Source: an uncultured Candidatus Solibacter sp. (lineage in GTDB: Bacteria > Acidobacteriota > Terriglobia > Bryobacterales > Bryobacteraceae). Taken from it: a stretch of 64,000 nt of DNA. The notes beneath the pieces are model-generated. The model was not told where the DNA came from, ran no database searches, and saw only the letters and a program-made list of their open reading frames with translations. Below are positions 20,164-28,498 of the stretch, one piece after another. A program made the translations under genes and the position numbers. Where the stretch lies: positions 29,761-93,760 of the forward strand of contig CAYZIX010000002.1 of the NCBI GenBank assembly GCA_964478395.1. The letters are read 5' to 3'. Numbering within the stretch: the stretch's first letter is position 1; every line of letters starts with the position of its first letter.

Positions 20164-20188
20164 ATGCTGACTCTCCGCATTCTCTTGG

Positions 20189-20203
20189 GCAGTCCGCGGG
20201 CCA
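20189..20203 (-). promoter_or_regulatory. Candidate sigma54 -24/-12 promoter
   Basis: Minus strand TGGCCCGCGGACTGC has the invariant GG-N10-GC spacing, ~25 nt upstream of the adaptor start codon. A sigma54 activator is encoded in the same operon. Confidence 0.5.
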
Positions 20204-20278
20204 GTCTGGGCGCACGCTGCCATCCCGCTCATTCTACGCGATTTATTGGATACTTGAAGCGCGCCGTGAAAACCGCCC

Positions 20279-20317
20279 GTGTCCGGTTATGGGACGCAGC
20301 GTGCCCGGATACGGGCT
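20279..20317. promoter_or_regulatory. Tandem quasi-palindromic sites, candidate NtrC-type enhancer
   Basis: GTGTCCGGTTATGGGAC and GTGCCCGGATACGGGCT: 12/17 identical, 22-bp period, ~75-115 bp upstream of the -24 box. Confidence 0.45.
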
Positions 20318-21644
20318 AGTAGCTGGACGCGGCGCGGGCCTGCGTATGCACGGCCAGACGCTCGGGCGCGGCCATGAGCCCTGCCAAATCCACGGCGCTC
20401 ATTGGCAGGCCGATCAGATAGCCCTGCACCAAGTCGCAGCGCGCGGCGCGCACCAGTTCGAGCTCACCTTCAGTCTCCACGCCCTCCGCCACCACCTCCA
20501 ACCCGCGATGGTGCGCCAGCACGGTAATGGTATGCACCACGGGAAGACTACCGCAGGGCTTCGTGATCTGCCGGATGAAGGAGCGGTCCACCTTCACAAC
20601 GTCCAGCGGCAAGGTATGCAAGTAACTGAGCGGCGAATAGCCAACGCCGAAGTCGTCCACCGCAATCCGCACGCCCAGCGCTCGCAACTCTTCCATGCGG
20701 CGAGCCGATTCGGCCACGTCGCGTAGAATTGAGCGCTCCGTGATCTCCAACTCCAGGAGGCGCCCCTCAATGCCATTCCGCTCAATCGTCTGGCGGACCA
20801 TATCGACAAAAACCGGGCTGGAAAACTGCTGGGGTGAGACGTTCACCGCCACTCGCGGCGCATCATAGCCCGAACGGTGCCACTCAGCCAGTTGGCGGCA
20901 GGCGCGGTCGAGTACCCACGTGCCGATTTCGAGAATTGCACCGGTTTCCTCCGCCAGCCGAATGAAGGTTTCGGTTTCAACTCTTCCGAGCTCGGCCGAG
21001 TTCCACTCAATCAGCGCCTCGACGGCTTTCAGCACGCCGCGGCGGTCCACCTGTGGCTGGTAGCGCAGCGACAACTCGTCATGCAACATCGCCAGACGCA
21101 GTGCCTGCTCCAACCGGAAACGCTCCTCGGCGTAAAGCCGCTCGCCGCCGTTATTCCGTTCTATCGCGTTGCCACCGCAGTGTTTGGCTTGCTGCATAGC
21201 GGCCGCGGCGCGGCGCAGCAGCAGACCCGGCGTTGCACCGTCGGCCGGATAAAGGCTAAGTCCCAGGCTGGCCGTAAATTGAAACTCGTGGCAGTCCACC
21301 GAGATGGGTTTGTCCAGCAGTTGAATCACCTGTTCGGCTAACTGCCTCGCTTCACGCTCACCCCGCACTCGGGCCACCACTGCGAATTCGTCTCCACCCA
21401 AATGGCACGCCAAGGCCTTGGCAGGCAGCCAGTGTTTCAGCCGCCGCGCCACCAGTGCCAATGCGCGATCGCCGGCCCCGTAGCCCAATAGGTGGTTCAC
21501 TCTCCGGAAGCGATTCAGTCCAAACACGAGCACGGCGAACGGCGTCCCAGTTGAACGGGAAATCGATTCTGCCAGACGGGACTCGAACATCCCACCGCTC
21601 AGCAACCCTTTCCGGGAACCGGGCGCTGCCGCCTGATAACTCAT
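20316..21644 (-). CDS. GGDEF-EAL protein, probable c-di-GMP phosphodiesterase
   Basis: LGGDEF; EAL, VAVNVS, ELEITE, DDFGVGYS, VKVDRSF, AEGVET, QGY. Start is 21644 or 21680. Confidence 0.9.
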   Translation of the reverse strand: MSYQAAAPGSRKGLLSGGMFESRLAESISRSTGTPFAVLVFGLNRFRRVNHLLGYGAGDRALALVARRLKHWLPAKALACHLGGDEFAVVARVRGEREARQLAEQVIQLLDKPISVDCHEFQFTASLGLSLYPADGATPGLLLRRAAAAMQQAKHCGGNAIERNNGGERLYAEERFRLEQALRLAMLHDELSLRYQPQVDRRGVLKAVEALIEWNSAELGRVETETFIRLAEETGAILEIGTWVLDRACRQLAEWHRSGYDAPRVAVNVSPQQFSSPVFVDMVRQTIERNGIEGRLLELEITERSILRDVAESARRMEELRALGVRIAVDDFGVGYSPLSYLHTLPLDVVKVDRSFIRQITKPCGSLPVVHTITVLAHHRGLEVVAEGVETEGELELVRAARCDLVQGYLIGLPMSAVDLAGLMAAPERLAVHTQARAASSY

Positions 21645-21739
21645 GTTTACATTCTTGGACAATTCCCTACTATGATCCACCTTAATTTGTTCAAATTACG
21701 AGGCAAACGGGCCTACTCGTCCTAGGACTGTACTAAGAG

Positions 21740-22960
21740 TCAGCTCACCTTCGGACCCTCATAGGCAGTCCCTAGCTTAAGCAAAACGTTCTCCCCCAAG
21801 GGCTTTCCTATCAATAATATCGGCTCAGACCGGGCGTTCCCGGCCGGCGCCGGCAGCAACAGTACAGGAAGACCGGCTAACGCTGCCGCCGCGATAGTAC
21901 TATTACCCAAAGGCCCACGCGCCTCACAGACAATTGCGTCAGCATCGCGGAAGAGACCGGCAAAATATTCTCCAACCAGCCGGCGGACCCGCATCGCACG
22001 CAGGTAATCGACTGTCCGTAGATTTGCCCCGGCCTCCAGACGTTCCGCCAGCGCGCGATCCGTCACTGCCTCATAGTGGCCACCGCCCGCCAGATCGTCA
22101 AAGGTAGAGGCGCCTTCGGCGTCAGCAATCACCCGCGCGACTTCGATCGAAGGCAGGTCAGTCCATGCCGCTGCCGCCCCGCGCGTGCCCAGTCGCGACG
22201 GGATTCCAGCCGCGGCGCCGCCACCGATCACAGTGATGCTCAGCTCGGCCACCGGCCGCGTGAATTGCGGAGCGTAGTGAAACCCCTTGCCCAGCGCGAG
22301 CGGGTCAGAACCATCGTCACCGGCTGCGGCGGCCAGCACGTGCCCACAATCGTCGGAGGCCCGCGTCACAATCGCCACCCGGTCCAGTGTCCAGGTGACC
22401 GCGGCGATGCCGGAGCGGCTAACCAGTCCCGTGGTGGTCACCAGCGCCACAACACCGCGCCGCACGCAATCGGCCAGCAACACACCGGCACTGTCCACGC
22501 CAATCGCAACCGGCAGCGCACCGGTGGCGACAGCCTCGCCAACTCCCGACTCGGCCGAGCCCAGCTCGCCGGTCACCAGCTTGGCAATGGCGATGGCGCG
22601 CGCACGCTGCAACCGCTCCACAACCACCGCGTCGTTAGAAAACACCTGCCGGGCAAAATGTTTCGAGCCGTAGGCCGTCGGTTGATTGGCAACGCTAATC
22701 AGGTCGCTCACGCCGAACGGGATACCTTGCAGCGGCCCGCGCGTGCGTCCGGAGCGCAGCTCACGATCCACCATCTTGGCGTCCGAGATGGCGTCGCCGC
22801 GCAGGCTCACCGCGACAAAGGAAGCACCGCGCTCCTCGACACGTTTAGCGAAGGCGCGCAGCATGTCCGCATCAGTGAACTCGCGCGCTCTCAGTCGGCG
22901 GCTCAGTCCGGCCACCGTCAAGGCGAAAAAGCTGTCGTTCCAACCCGGCATGGCGTTCAC
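21740..22960 (-). CDS. Amidase-signature-family protein lacking catalytic residues
   Basis: RGPLQGIPFGVSDL, DAVVVERL, GLVSRSG, WTLDRV match the amidase fold, but the Lys/cis-Ser/Ser triad positions are altered. Confidence 0.75.
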   Translation of the reverse strand: MNAMPGWNDSFFALTVAGLSRRLRAREFTDADMLRAFAKRVEERGASFVAVSLRGDAISDAKMVDRELRSGRTRGPLQGIPFGVSDLISVANQPTAYGSKHFARQVFSNDAVVVERLQRARAIAIAKLVTGELGSAESGVGEAVATGALPVAIGVDSAGVLLADCVRRGVVALVTTTGLVSRSGIAAVTWTLDRVAIVTRASDDCGHVLAAAAGDDGSDPLALGKGFHYAPQFTRPVAELSITVIGGGAAAGIPSRLGTRGAAAAWTDLPSIEVARVIADAEGASTFDDLAGGGHYEAVTDRALAERLEAGANLRTVDYLRAMRVRRLVGEYFAGLFRDADAIVCEARGPLGNSTIAAAALAGLPVLLLPAPAGNARSEPILLIGKPLGENVLLKLGTAYEGPKVS

Positions 22961-23136
22961 CGCGGATCGAAACGGAATGCCGGCGGCGTAGCGCGCGCCA
23001 GATTGACCTTACTGACCACCTCCGCAGCGCGCCGCAACTCGTCGTTCGGCCGCGGGGCCTGGCCGGCGTTCAAACGCGCCGCCGTTCCGGCCACCAGGGC
23101 CGTCCACGTACGCCGCGTCACTTTCTCTACAGCCAT
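22957..23136 (-). CDS. Small protein with twin-arginine-like N-terminus, coupled to the amidase-like gene
   Basis: MAVEKVTRRTWTALVAG...TPPAFRFDPR; its stop overlaps the amidase ATG (ATGA). Confidence 0.6.
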   Translation of the reverse strand: MAVEKVTRRTWTALVAGTAARLNAGQAPRPNDELRRAAEVVSKVNLARATPPAFRFDPR

Positions 23137-23140
23137 CCCG

Positions 23141-24682
23141 TCAGCACCCCTGCCTTTCATAATGATCCGTCGCCGCCTTCTGTTCGCTCAGCGCTTCAAT
23201 TGCGGCGCGTTCCATGGCCGCGCGCGGGGCATTCTCGCCGGTGAACAGTTGGAATTGTCTCGCCGCCTGTTCGAGAAACATCTCCAACCCCTGGATAATG
23301 GTCTTGCCCTGTGCTGCCGAGCGCTTCAGCAACTCGGTCTCGCGCGGCGTGTAGACCAGGTCGAACACCACGTCGGCCGGCACGTCGCCGTCAAAGTAGC
23401 ACGAATCGACATTCGGCCACATACCCAGCGGCGTGGCGTGCACCAGCACATCGAAATACCGGCCGGTCATCTGGTCCGCCAGTATCGCCTCGCCGCCGCA
23501 CATCTTGGCCAGCGCGCGCACGCGGTCCGCATTGCGCCCCGTAACCGAAACTTTCGCCCCGGCCGCGGCTAGCGTAAATGCGGCCGACCGCGCCGAGCCG
23601 CCATTGCCCACTACCAGCACCTGAGCTTTGTTCAGCCGCAGACGTTTTTCAAGCGGCAGACGCACGCCCTCGGCGTCGGTATTCGTGCCGTGCCAACGCC
23701 CTGCCTTGCGGAATACCGTATTCACCGCGCCGATGCGCCGCGACAGCGCATCCACCGAATCCAGATAGCGCAGAATGCGCTGCTTGTGCGGAATGGTGAC
23801 GCTGAAGCCGCTCAGCGGCAACTGTCCGGCCAGCAAGAAAAAATCCTTCAGTTGCAGCGAGCTCACAAGGAACGGCAAGTACAGTGCCGGAATCCGTTTG
23901 GCCTGCAACCCACGATTGTGGACAGCCGGAGAGATGGAGTGCCGCACCGGATCGGCAATCACGCCGAACACCTTCGGCTCTTTCGCCAGCCGGTCGATGC
24001 GGTACATCTGGCGCAATGTTCGCGCCGTCACCTGCCCGGCCGCGGTGCCCTCGGTGGCCGACGGCGCAGCGTAGGTGTAAATGCAGCCCATGATGGGTGA
24101 CAGTACACGCGTGGGGAACCCTGTCTCGCTCATTGCCAGCAGAATCAGCGGCGTCTTCGGGTACGCCTTGGCCAGTTGCAGTACCCGCACGTTATCGCTC
24201 GGCTTGCGCGCCGTGGTCACTACTTTGTAGGCGTCGGCTGGCACCTTCAGCATGCGCCGCATCAGCGGCTCCAGCGCCGGCGTACCGTCAAAGTTGTGGT
24301 AGCTGACCACCAACATCGCGCGGCCCTCGGTAATGTTGCGGTGCGTCAGCGGCATTTCGGCGCTTTCGATCTCAATGTCGACCGCGCGTGCTCCAGCCGT
24401 AATGGCCGCGTCCAAAATGCGGTACTGTTCGTCGATCGATCCGTTGAAGCGCCCGTGGTTCTGATGCCGCCGGCAGGTGGCCAGCAGCGTCGCGTCCGGA
24501 TAGAGCTTCAGAAACTCTTCAATCACACGCAGACCGTCGGTGGGCCGGCTTAAATAATCCAGTCTGAATTCAAGGAACCGCTCACCGGCCTCGGCTTCAC
24601 GCCGGGCGTGATCCATCAGCTTATCCGCATCCGGCAGCCCAAGGGCAATGCAGATGCGTGGAAGGGAAGAACGAAGAGTCAT
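23141..24682 (-). CDS. aroDE: Bifunctional type I 3-dehydroquinate dehydratase / shikimate dehydrogenase
   Basis: N-terminal EFRLD, LATCRR, SYHNF, YKVVT; C-terminal HSISPAVHN, FSVTIPHK, GAVNTV, NTD, GNGGSAR, GLEMFLEQA. Confidence 0.93.
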   Translation of the reverse strand: MTLRSSLPRICIALGLPDADKLMDHARREAEAGERFLEFRLDYLSRPTDGLRVIEEFLKLYPDATLLATCRRHQNHGRFNGSIDEQYRILDAAITAGARAVDIEIESAEMPLTHRNITEGRAMLVVSYHNFDGTPALEPLMRRMLKVPADAYKVVTTARKPSDNVRVLQLAKAYPKTPLILLAMSETGFPTRVLSPIMGCIYTYAAPSATEGTAAGQVTARTLRQMYRIDRLAKEPKVFGVIADPVRHSISPAVHNRGLQAKRIPALYLPFLVSSLQLKDFFLLAGQLPLSGFSVTIPHKQRILRYLDSVDALSRRIGAVNTVFRKAGRWHGTNTDAEGVRLPLEKRLRLNKAQVLVVGNGGSARSAAFTLAAAGAKVSVTGRNADRVRALAKMCGGEAILADQMTGRYFDVLVHATPLGMWPNVDSCYFDGDVPADVVFDLVYTPRETELLKRSAAQGKTIIQGLEMFLEQAARQFQLFTGENAPRAAMERAAIEALSEQKAATDHYERQGC

Positions 24683-24688
24683 GGGCCG

Positions 24689-25378
24689 TTACTGTTCTCC
24701 AGAGGATATCACTTCCGGCCCGTTCTCCAGGCGGGCCTGCCAGTCTGCCGCCATAGCGGCAGCGGCGGCCGCTCCAATCCGCACGGCGCCCGCTTGCACG
24801 GCCTGAAGCGCCTCAGCGCCGCTTACGGCGCAGCCCAGTGCTACCTCAATCTGCCCTTTCGACACGGCCAAAACGTCGGCCAGCGACGCCACATTCTCGC
24901 AACTGGCGCTGTCGGCCTCGCCACGTTTGGCTATGCGCGTGGCAATCACCAGCAGCGTACGGTCCAGCCGGGTTTCGTTGATCCTGACGCGCAACCGCGC
25001 TCCGGACTCGTGAGCCGCGCGCGCCAGTTGCAGCACTTCCATCTCTACCGCTTGGAAGCGCCGCTCCACCAGTTGTCCGAGGTTCAGCCAGACGTGAACT
25101 TCACGCACACCGCGGCGCGCCAGATCGCGCGTCTCGTAGAGTTTTGTAGCGGTAGATGCCCAGCCGTACGGGGCGGCCACGGCTGCGGCTAATTCAACGG
25201 GTGAGCCTTCCAGCAGCCGGGCGGCTTCGCCGGCGTCACAGGGGGGAACCAACACGGCCGCCAGCCCGGCGGCCATCGCATCGCGGCATCCCTCACTCAG
25301 TTGCGCGCCCGCCAAGGCCGGACGCAACAGGTCCAGTTCCAAGTGCCGGTTCAGCGCAACGGGGGGCTCCGGCGTCAT
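24689..25378 (-). CDS. DeoC (deoxyribose-phosphate aldolase)-like protein lacking catalytic lysines
   Basis: The overall DeoC pattern is present (PYGWASTATKLYETRD, GAVRIGA), but EIDMV, LKVI, VKTSTG and VKAAGG appear as EVHVW, LRVR, SASCE and IEVALG. Confidence 0.7.
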   Translation of the reverse strand: MTPEPPVALNRHLELDLLRPALAGAQLSEGCRDAMAAGLAAVLVPPCDAGEAARLLEGSPVELAAAVAAPYGWASTATKLYETRDLARRGVREVHVWLNLGQLVERRFQAVEMEVLQLARAAHESGARLRVRINETRLDRTLLVIATRIAKRGEADSASCENVASLADVLAVSKGQIEVALGCAVSGAEALQAVQAGAVRIGAAAAAAMAADWQARLENGPEVISSGEQ

Positions 25379-25385
25379 TGGCAGC

Positions 25386-26264
25386 CTACCTGCGCCGCGT
25401 CGTGCGGCCTGCCGGCGTCAGCGCGCGCAGCTCAGACCGGGCGCGCGTGGCGGCATCGCTGGACGGAGCCGTATCAATGATGGCGCGGAATTCCTTTTCA
25501 GCGTCGGCGCGGCGGTCCAGCTTCACCAGTGCGCGGGCCTTCATCAGGCGTGCGTCGTTCGTCTTGGGGTTCTTCGTGTAGGCCTGCAATACCTTGTCGA
25601 ACGATGCCAGCGCTTCATCGTACTGCTTCTGGTTGAACTGAATTTCGCCAATGTAGTACTGCGCGTTGGGCGCGTATTCGGTGTCACCGAACCATGTCAG
25701 ATAATCGCCGAATCCTTTCAATGCCAGATCTGAGTTACCGCCCATTTTGTCGCGCAGCGCACCTTCATACAAACTCTTGGCCGACACGCCAGCGGGTGGT
25801 GCCGAACTGGCCGCAGCCGGTCCGCCAGTTGGGGCCGTAGGCGGCGCCGCCGGCGCTTGCATCGTACGAATCGTGTTTTCCAGGTCCGCGATCCGCTGGT
25901 CCAGCTTGCCCAGACGCGAATTCACTTCGGCCACCGACTCGCGCACATAACCAAAATCCTGCGACATATTGTCGACTTTGCTGCTGATGCCTGAAAGCGG
26001 AGCGACCATCGACTTCTCCAGCCGGTCTCTCAATCCGCTATCCAGCACCGTCACCGATCGCCGCGTCGCGGCAAGATCGTCCCGCATAGCCTTGAGCGTG
26101 GCTTCAATCGAGCCCAGACGGTCGTTTTGCGCCCGGTTCATCGTCCGGACCTCTTCCTGCAGCAGCGCAAGATCGCGGCCCAGCTCAACCATCTCCTTCT
26201 TCTGTGCCGGCGCGGCTATTGGCAGTGCGCACGCCAGGACAACGGGAAGCCATTTCAGACGCAT
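25386..26264 (-). CDS. cpoB: Cell division coordinator CpoB (YbgF), coiled coil + TPR
   Basis: Signal peptide, N-terminal coiled coil, TPRs (APNAQYYIGEI); follows pal. Confidence 0.88.
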   Translation of the reverse strand: MRLKWLPVVLACALPIAAPAQKKEMVELGRDLALLQEEVRTMNRAQNDRLGSIEATLKAMRDDLAATRRSVTVLDSGLRDRLEKSMVAPLSGISSKVDNMSQDFGYVRESVAEVNSRLGKLDQRIADLENTIRTMQAPAAPPTAPTGGPAAASSAPPAGVSAKSLYEGALRDKMGGNSDLALKGFGDYLTWFGDTEYAPNAQYYIGEIQFNQKQYDEALASFDKVLQAYTKNPKTNDARLMKARALVKLDRRADAEKEFRAIIDTAPSSDAATRARSELRALTPAGRTTRRR

Positions 26265-26283
26265 GCGATTGTCTCTCCCTCAC

Positions 26284-26312
26284 AAAAACGGGGCCGGCGC
26301 TCGGCCGGCCCC
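26284..26312 (-). terminator. Intrinsic terminator between pal and cpoB
   Basis: 9-bp stem GGGGCCGGC/GCCGGCCCC, 5-nt loop, followed by a U-tract on the minus strand. Confidence 0.75.
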
Positions 26313-26327
26313 TGTTCGGACTAACGT

Positions 26328-27098
26328 CTATTCCACACCCGAGAAATGGGCGCGGCGGTTCTTCTGCCAGCAGCTCTCGTTCGACTCCGAGCAGACCTGC
26401 TTTTCCTTGCCGTAGCTGATGGTCTTCAGCCGGTCGGCGGGAACGCCCATCTGGGAGAGGAACTCCTTGACGGACGTCGAACGGCGCTCGCCAAGACCCA
26501 TGTTGTATTCAGCCGAACCACGCTCGTCGCAATTGCCTTCAATTGAAATGACAGCGGACGGGAAGTCGGACAGAATGGCCTTGATGGCGTCGCCCGAGCG
26601 CTGCAATGCCGCACGAGCGTCCTCACGCACTTCGCTCTTGTCGTAGTCGAAGTAAACGTCCTGAACGTCCTTCGCCAGACGATCGCTCAGTGAAGCCTTC
26701 GGAGCCGGAGCCGGCGGCGGAGGCGGAGGCGGCGTGGTGACATTCACGCTGGCCGAAGCCACAGCGTCTCCACCTTCACCCTTGGCGTTCAGCCGGTAGG
26801 TGGTGTTGGAAGACGGCGACACCTTGTAGGTGCCCTTCGGCGCAACGGTCCCAATGCCGTTGTCGATCGTCACGGACGTCGCATTCGCGACATCCCAACT
26901 CAACGTGGCGCTCTCACCACGCGTAATCGTGGACGGTTCGGCCGTGAAACGGTTTACCACCGCGGCCGGTTTCGGAGCCGGTGCTACGGGCGCCGGCGGC
27001 GGCGGCGGTGGCGGAGCCGGCTGCTTTTTCTTACAGCCCGTGACGGCGAACAGCAACAGCACCGCAGCGAGCATCATCAATAGAGTCTTCAGTTTCAT
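26328..27098 (-). CDS. pal: Peptidoglycan-associated lipoprotein Pal with extra Ig-like domain
   Basis: Lipobox VTGC; OmpA_C motifs VYFDYDKS, IEGNCDERGSAEYNMGLGERR, SYGKEK, NRRAHF; start ATG 27098. Confidence 0.92.
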   Translation of the reverse strand: MKLKTLLMMLAAVLLLFAVTGCKKKQPAPPPPPPPAPVAPAPKPAAVVNRFTAEPSTITRGESATLSWDVANATSVTIDNGIGTVAPKGTYKVSPSSNTTYRLNAKGEGGDAVASASVNVTTPPPPPPPAPAPKASLSDRLAKDVQDVYFDYDKSEVREDARAALQRSGDAIKAILSDFPSAVISIEGNCDERGSAEYNMGLGERRSTSVKEFLSQMGVPADRLKTISYGKEKQVCSESNESCWQKNRRAHFSGVE

Positions 27099-27160
27099 GA
27101 TTGGCGATGGGCCTCCTCGATCTTCAGACAAACAATTTCGAATTCGTTCTTTCGGCGCAT

Positions 27161-28498
27161 CTAGCGGCTCCACACCGGCATCCAATTGTTGCCGGTGCTG
27201 GTGAGTGGGGTGACCTCGGTCCCGTTGGCCAGCATCGTATATATCTGGCTGCGCTTACCATTGCGATTGGATGAGAAAACCAAGTGGCGCCCGTCGGGCG
27301 CCCATGTCGGGTTCTCATTTCTTCCTTCCCCGTGCGTTAACTGCACCGTCTCCCGGGTGGCCACGTCCATGATAAAGACGTTCCAGTTGCCGGGAGCGAA
27401 TCCGCGAGTCCAGGCGAACGCGATAAACTGCCCGTTCGGGCTCCAGGCGGGGTTCGAGGCCTCCCCCTCACCCGTGGTCAGCCGTTCGGCGTCCGCACCG
27501 TCCATATTCATTCTATAGATTTGTTGGAGCCCGCCGCGCCCGCTCACGAACACCAGGTCGCTGCCGTTCTTCGGATTGACCTTCGGTTCGGCCTCAATCG
27601 CACGGCGGTTGCTGATCCGTCGCGGGCTGGTCCCGTCCGGATTAGCGGAGTAGATCTGCATGTAGCCGTCCACCGAAGAGCAGAACAGCATCTTCTGCCC
27701 GTCCGGCGTAAAACTGGCCTGCGCGTTGATCGGCGCATTGAGATTGCGAAATGGCACGTAGCGCCCCGTCTCAGCCGAATACAACTTGATGCGCGGCGAG
27801 CCGTCGGCATACGTAGTAAATGCCACGCGGCGTCCATCCGGCGACACTGAAGGCATAGTGGTGATCGAGCCAAAGCGCGTGATCTGGCGCTGATTGGCGC
27901 CGTCATGATCCATTACCCAGATCTCTTTATGCCCCGTGCGGTCGCTGACGAAATAGATTTTTGTGCCGGCCAGCGATTCGGCGCCGAACTGCTTCAACAG
28001 ATCGGCTGCGTACTGGTGTCCCAGCAGCCGCGCGCCGTCTTCTTTCAATTCACCCATATAGACCTTGCGGAACGCCTTCGCGCCGGTCAGATCCGGAATC
28101 GCGGTGTTATAAAGATTCCCGTAGACCACCAGTTGGCCGTTCTGCTCCGCCGCGTAACCGAACCCCACCCAATCGGCTCCCAGCGGTGCCGCGCTCCAGT
28201 CCGCCAGACAGCGCCCCTGGCAGTTGGAGCCGGCGCGCAGGTCGGTATCCTGCTGTGGCGGATTCATTGGGTAGAAGCTCTTCGCCGCCACCTTCAACAG
28301 CCCGGATCCATTAACGTCGTTGTAGACCACCTTATTGAAAGTGTCCATCAGCGCGCTGGCGCCACCTGCGCCGCGCATGTCAGGCAGTGCAATAGTCGGC
28401 GGCTTGCCGCCGGAGAGGACAATCTTCAAGTCAGGAGTGTTCTGGCCAAAGGCCATGCCGGTGAAGCTTGCGAGAATAAGAAGTGAGAGGGGTTTCAT
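27161..28498 (-). CDS. tolB: TolB periplasmic beta-propeller protein
   Basis: TolB N-domain (TIALPDM) plus PD40 repeats (SPDG, PAWSPNG, PTWAPDG); tol-pal context. Confidence 0.92.
   Translation of the reverse strand: MKPLSLLILASFTGMAFGQNTPDLKIVLSGGKPPTIALPDMRGAGGASALMDTFNKVVYNDVNGSGLLKVAAKSFYPMNPPQQDTDLRAGSNCQGRCLADWSAAPLGADWVGFGYAAEQNGQLVVYGNLYNTAIPDLTGAKAFRKVYMGELKEDGARLLGHQYAADLLKQFGAESLAGTKIYFVSDRTGHKEIWVMDHDGANQRQITRFGSITTMPSVSPDGRRVAFTTYADGSPRIKLYSAETGRYVPFRNLNAPINAQASFTPDGQKMLFCSSVDGYMQIYSANPDGTSPRRISNRRAIEAEPKVNPKNGSDLVFVSGRGGLQQIYRMNMDGADAERLTTGEGEASNPAWSPNGQFIAFAWTRGFAPGNWNVFIMDVATRETVQLTHGEGRNENPTWAPDGRHLVFSSNRNGKRSQIYTMLANGTEVTPLTSTGNNWMPVWSR

Noticed and set aside
21740-23136. 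gatA/gatC of Glu-tRNA amidotransferase
   Set aside because: No gatB, catalytic triad absent, and the small ORF has a Tat-like leader.
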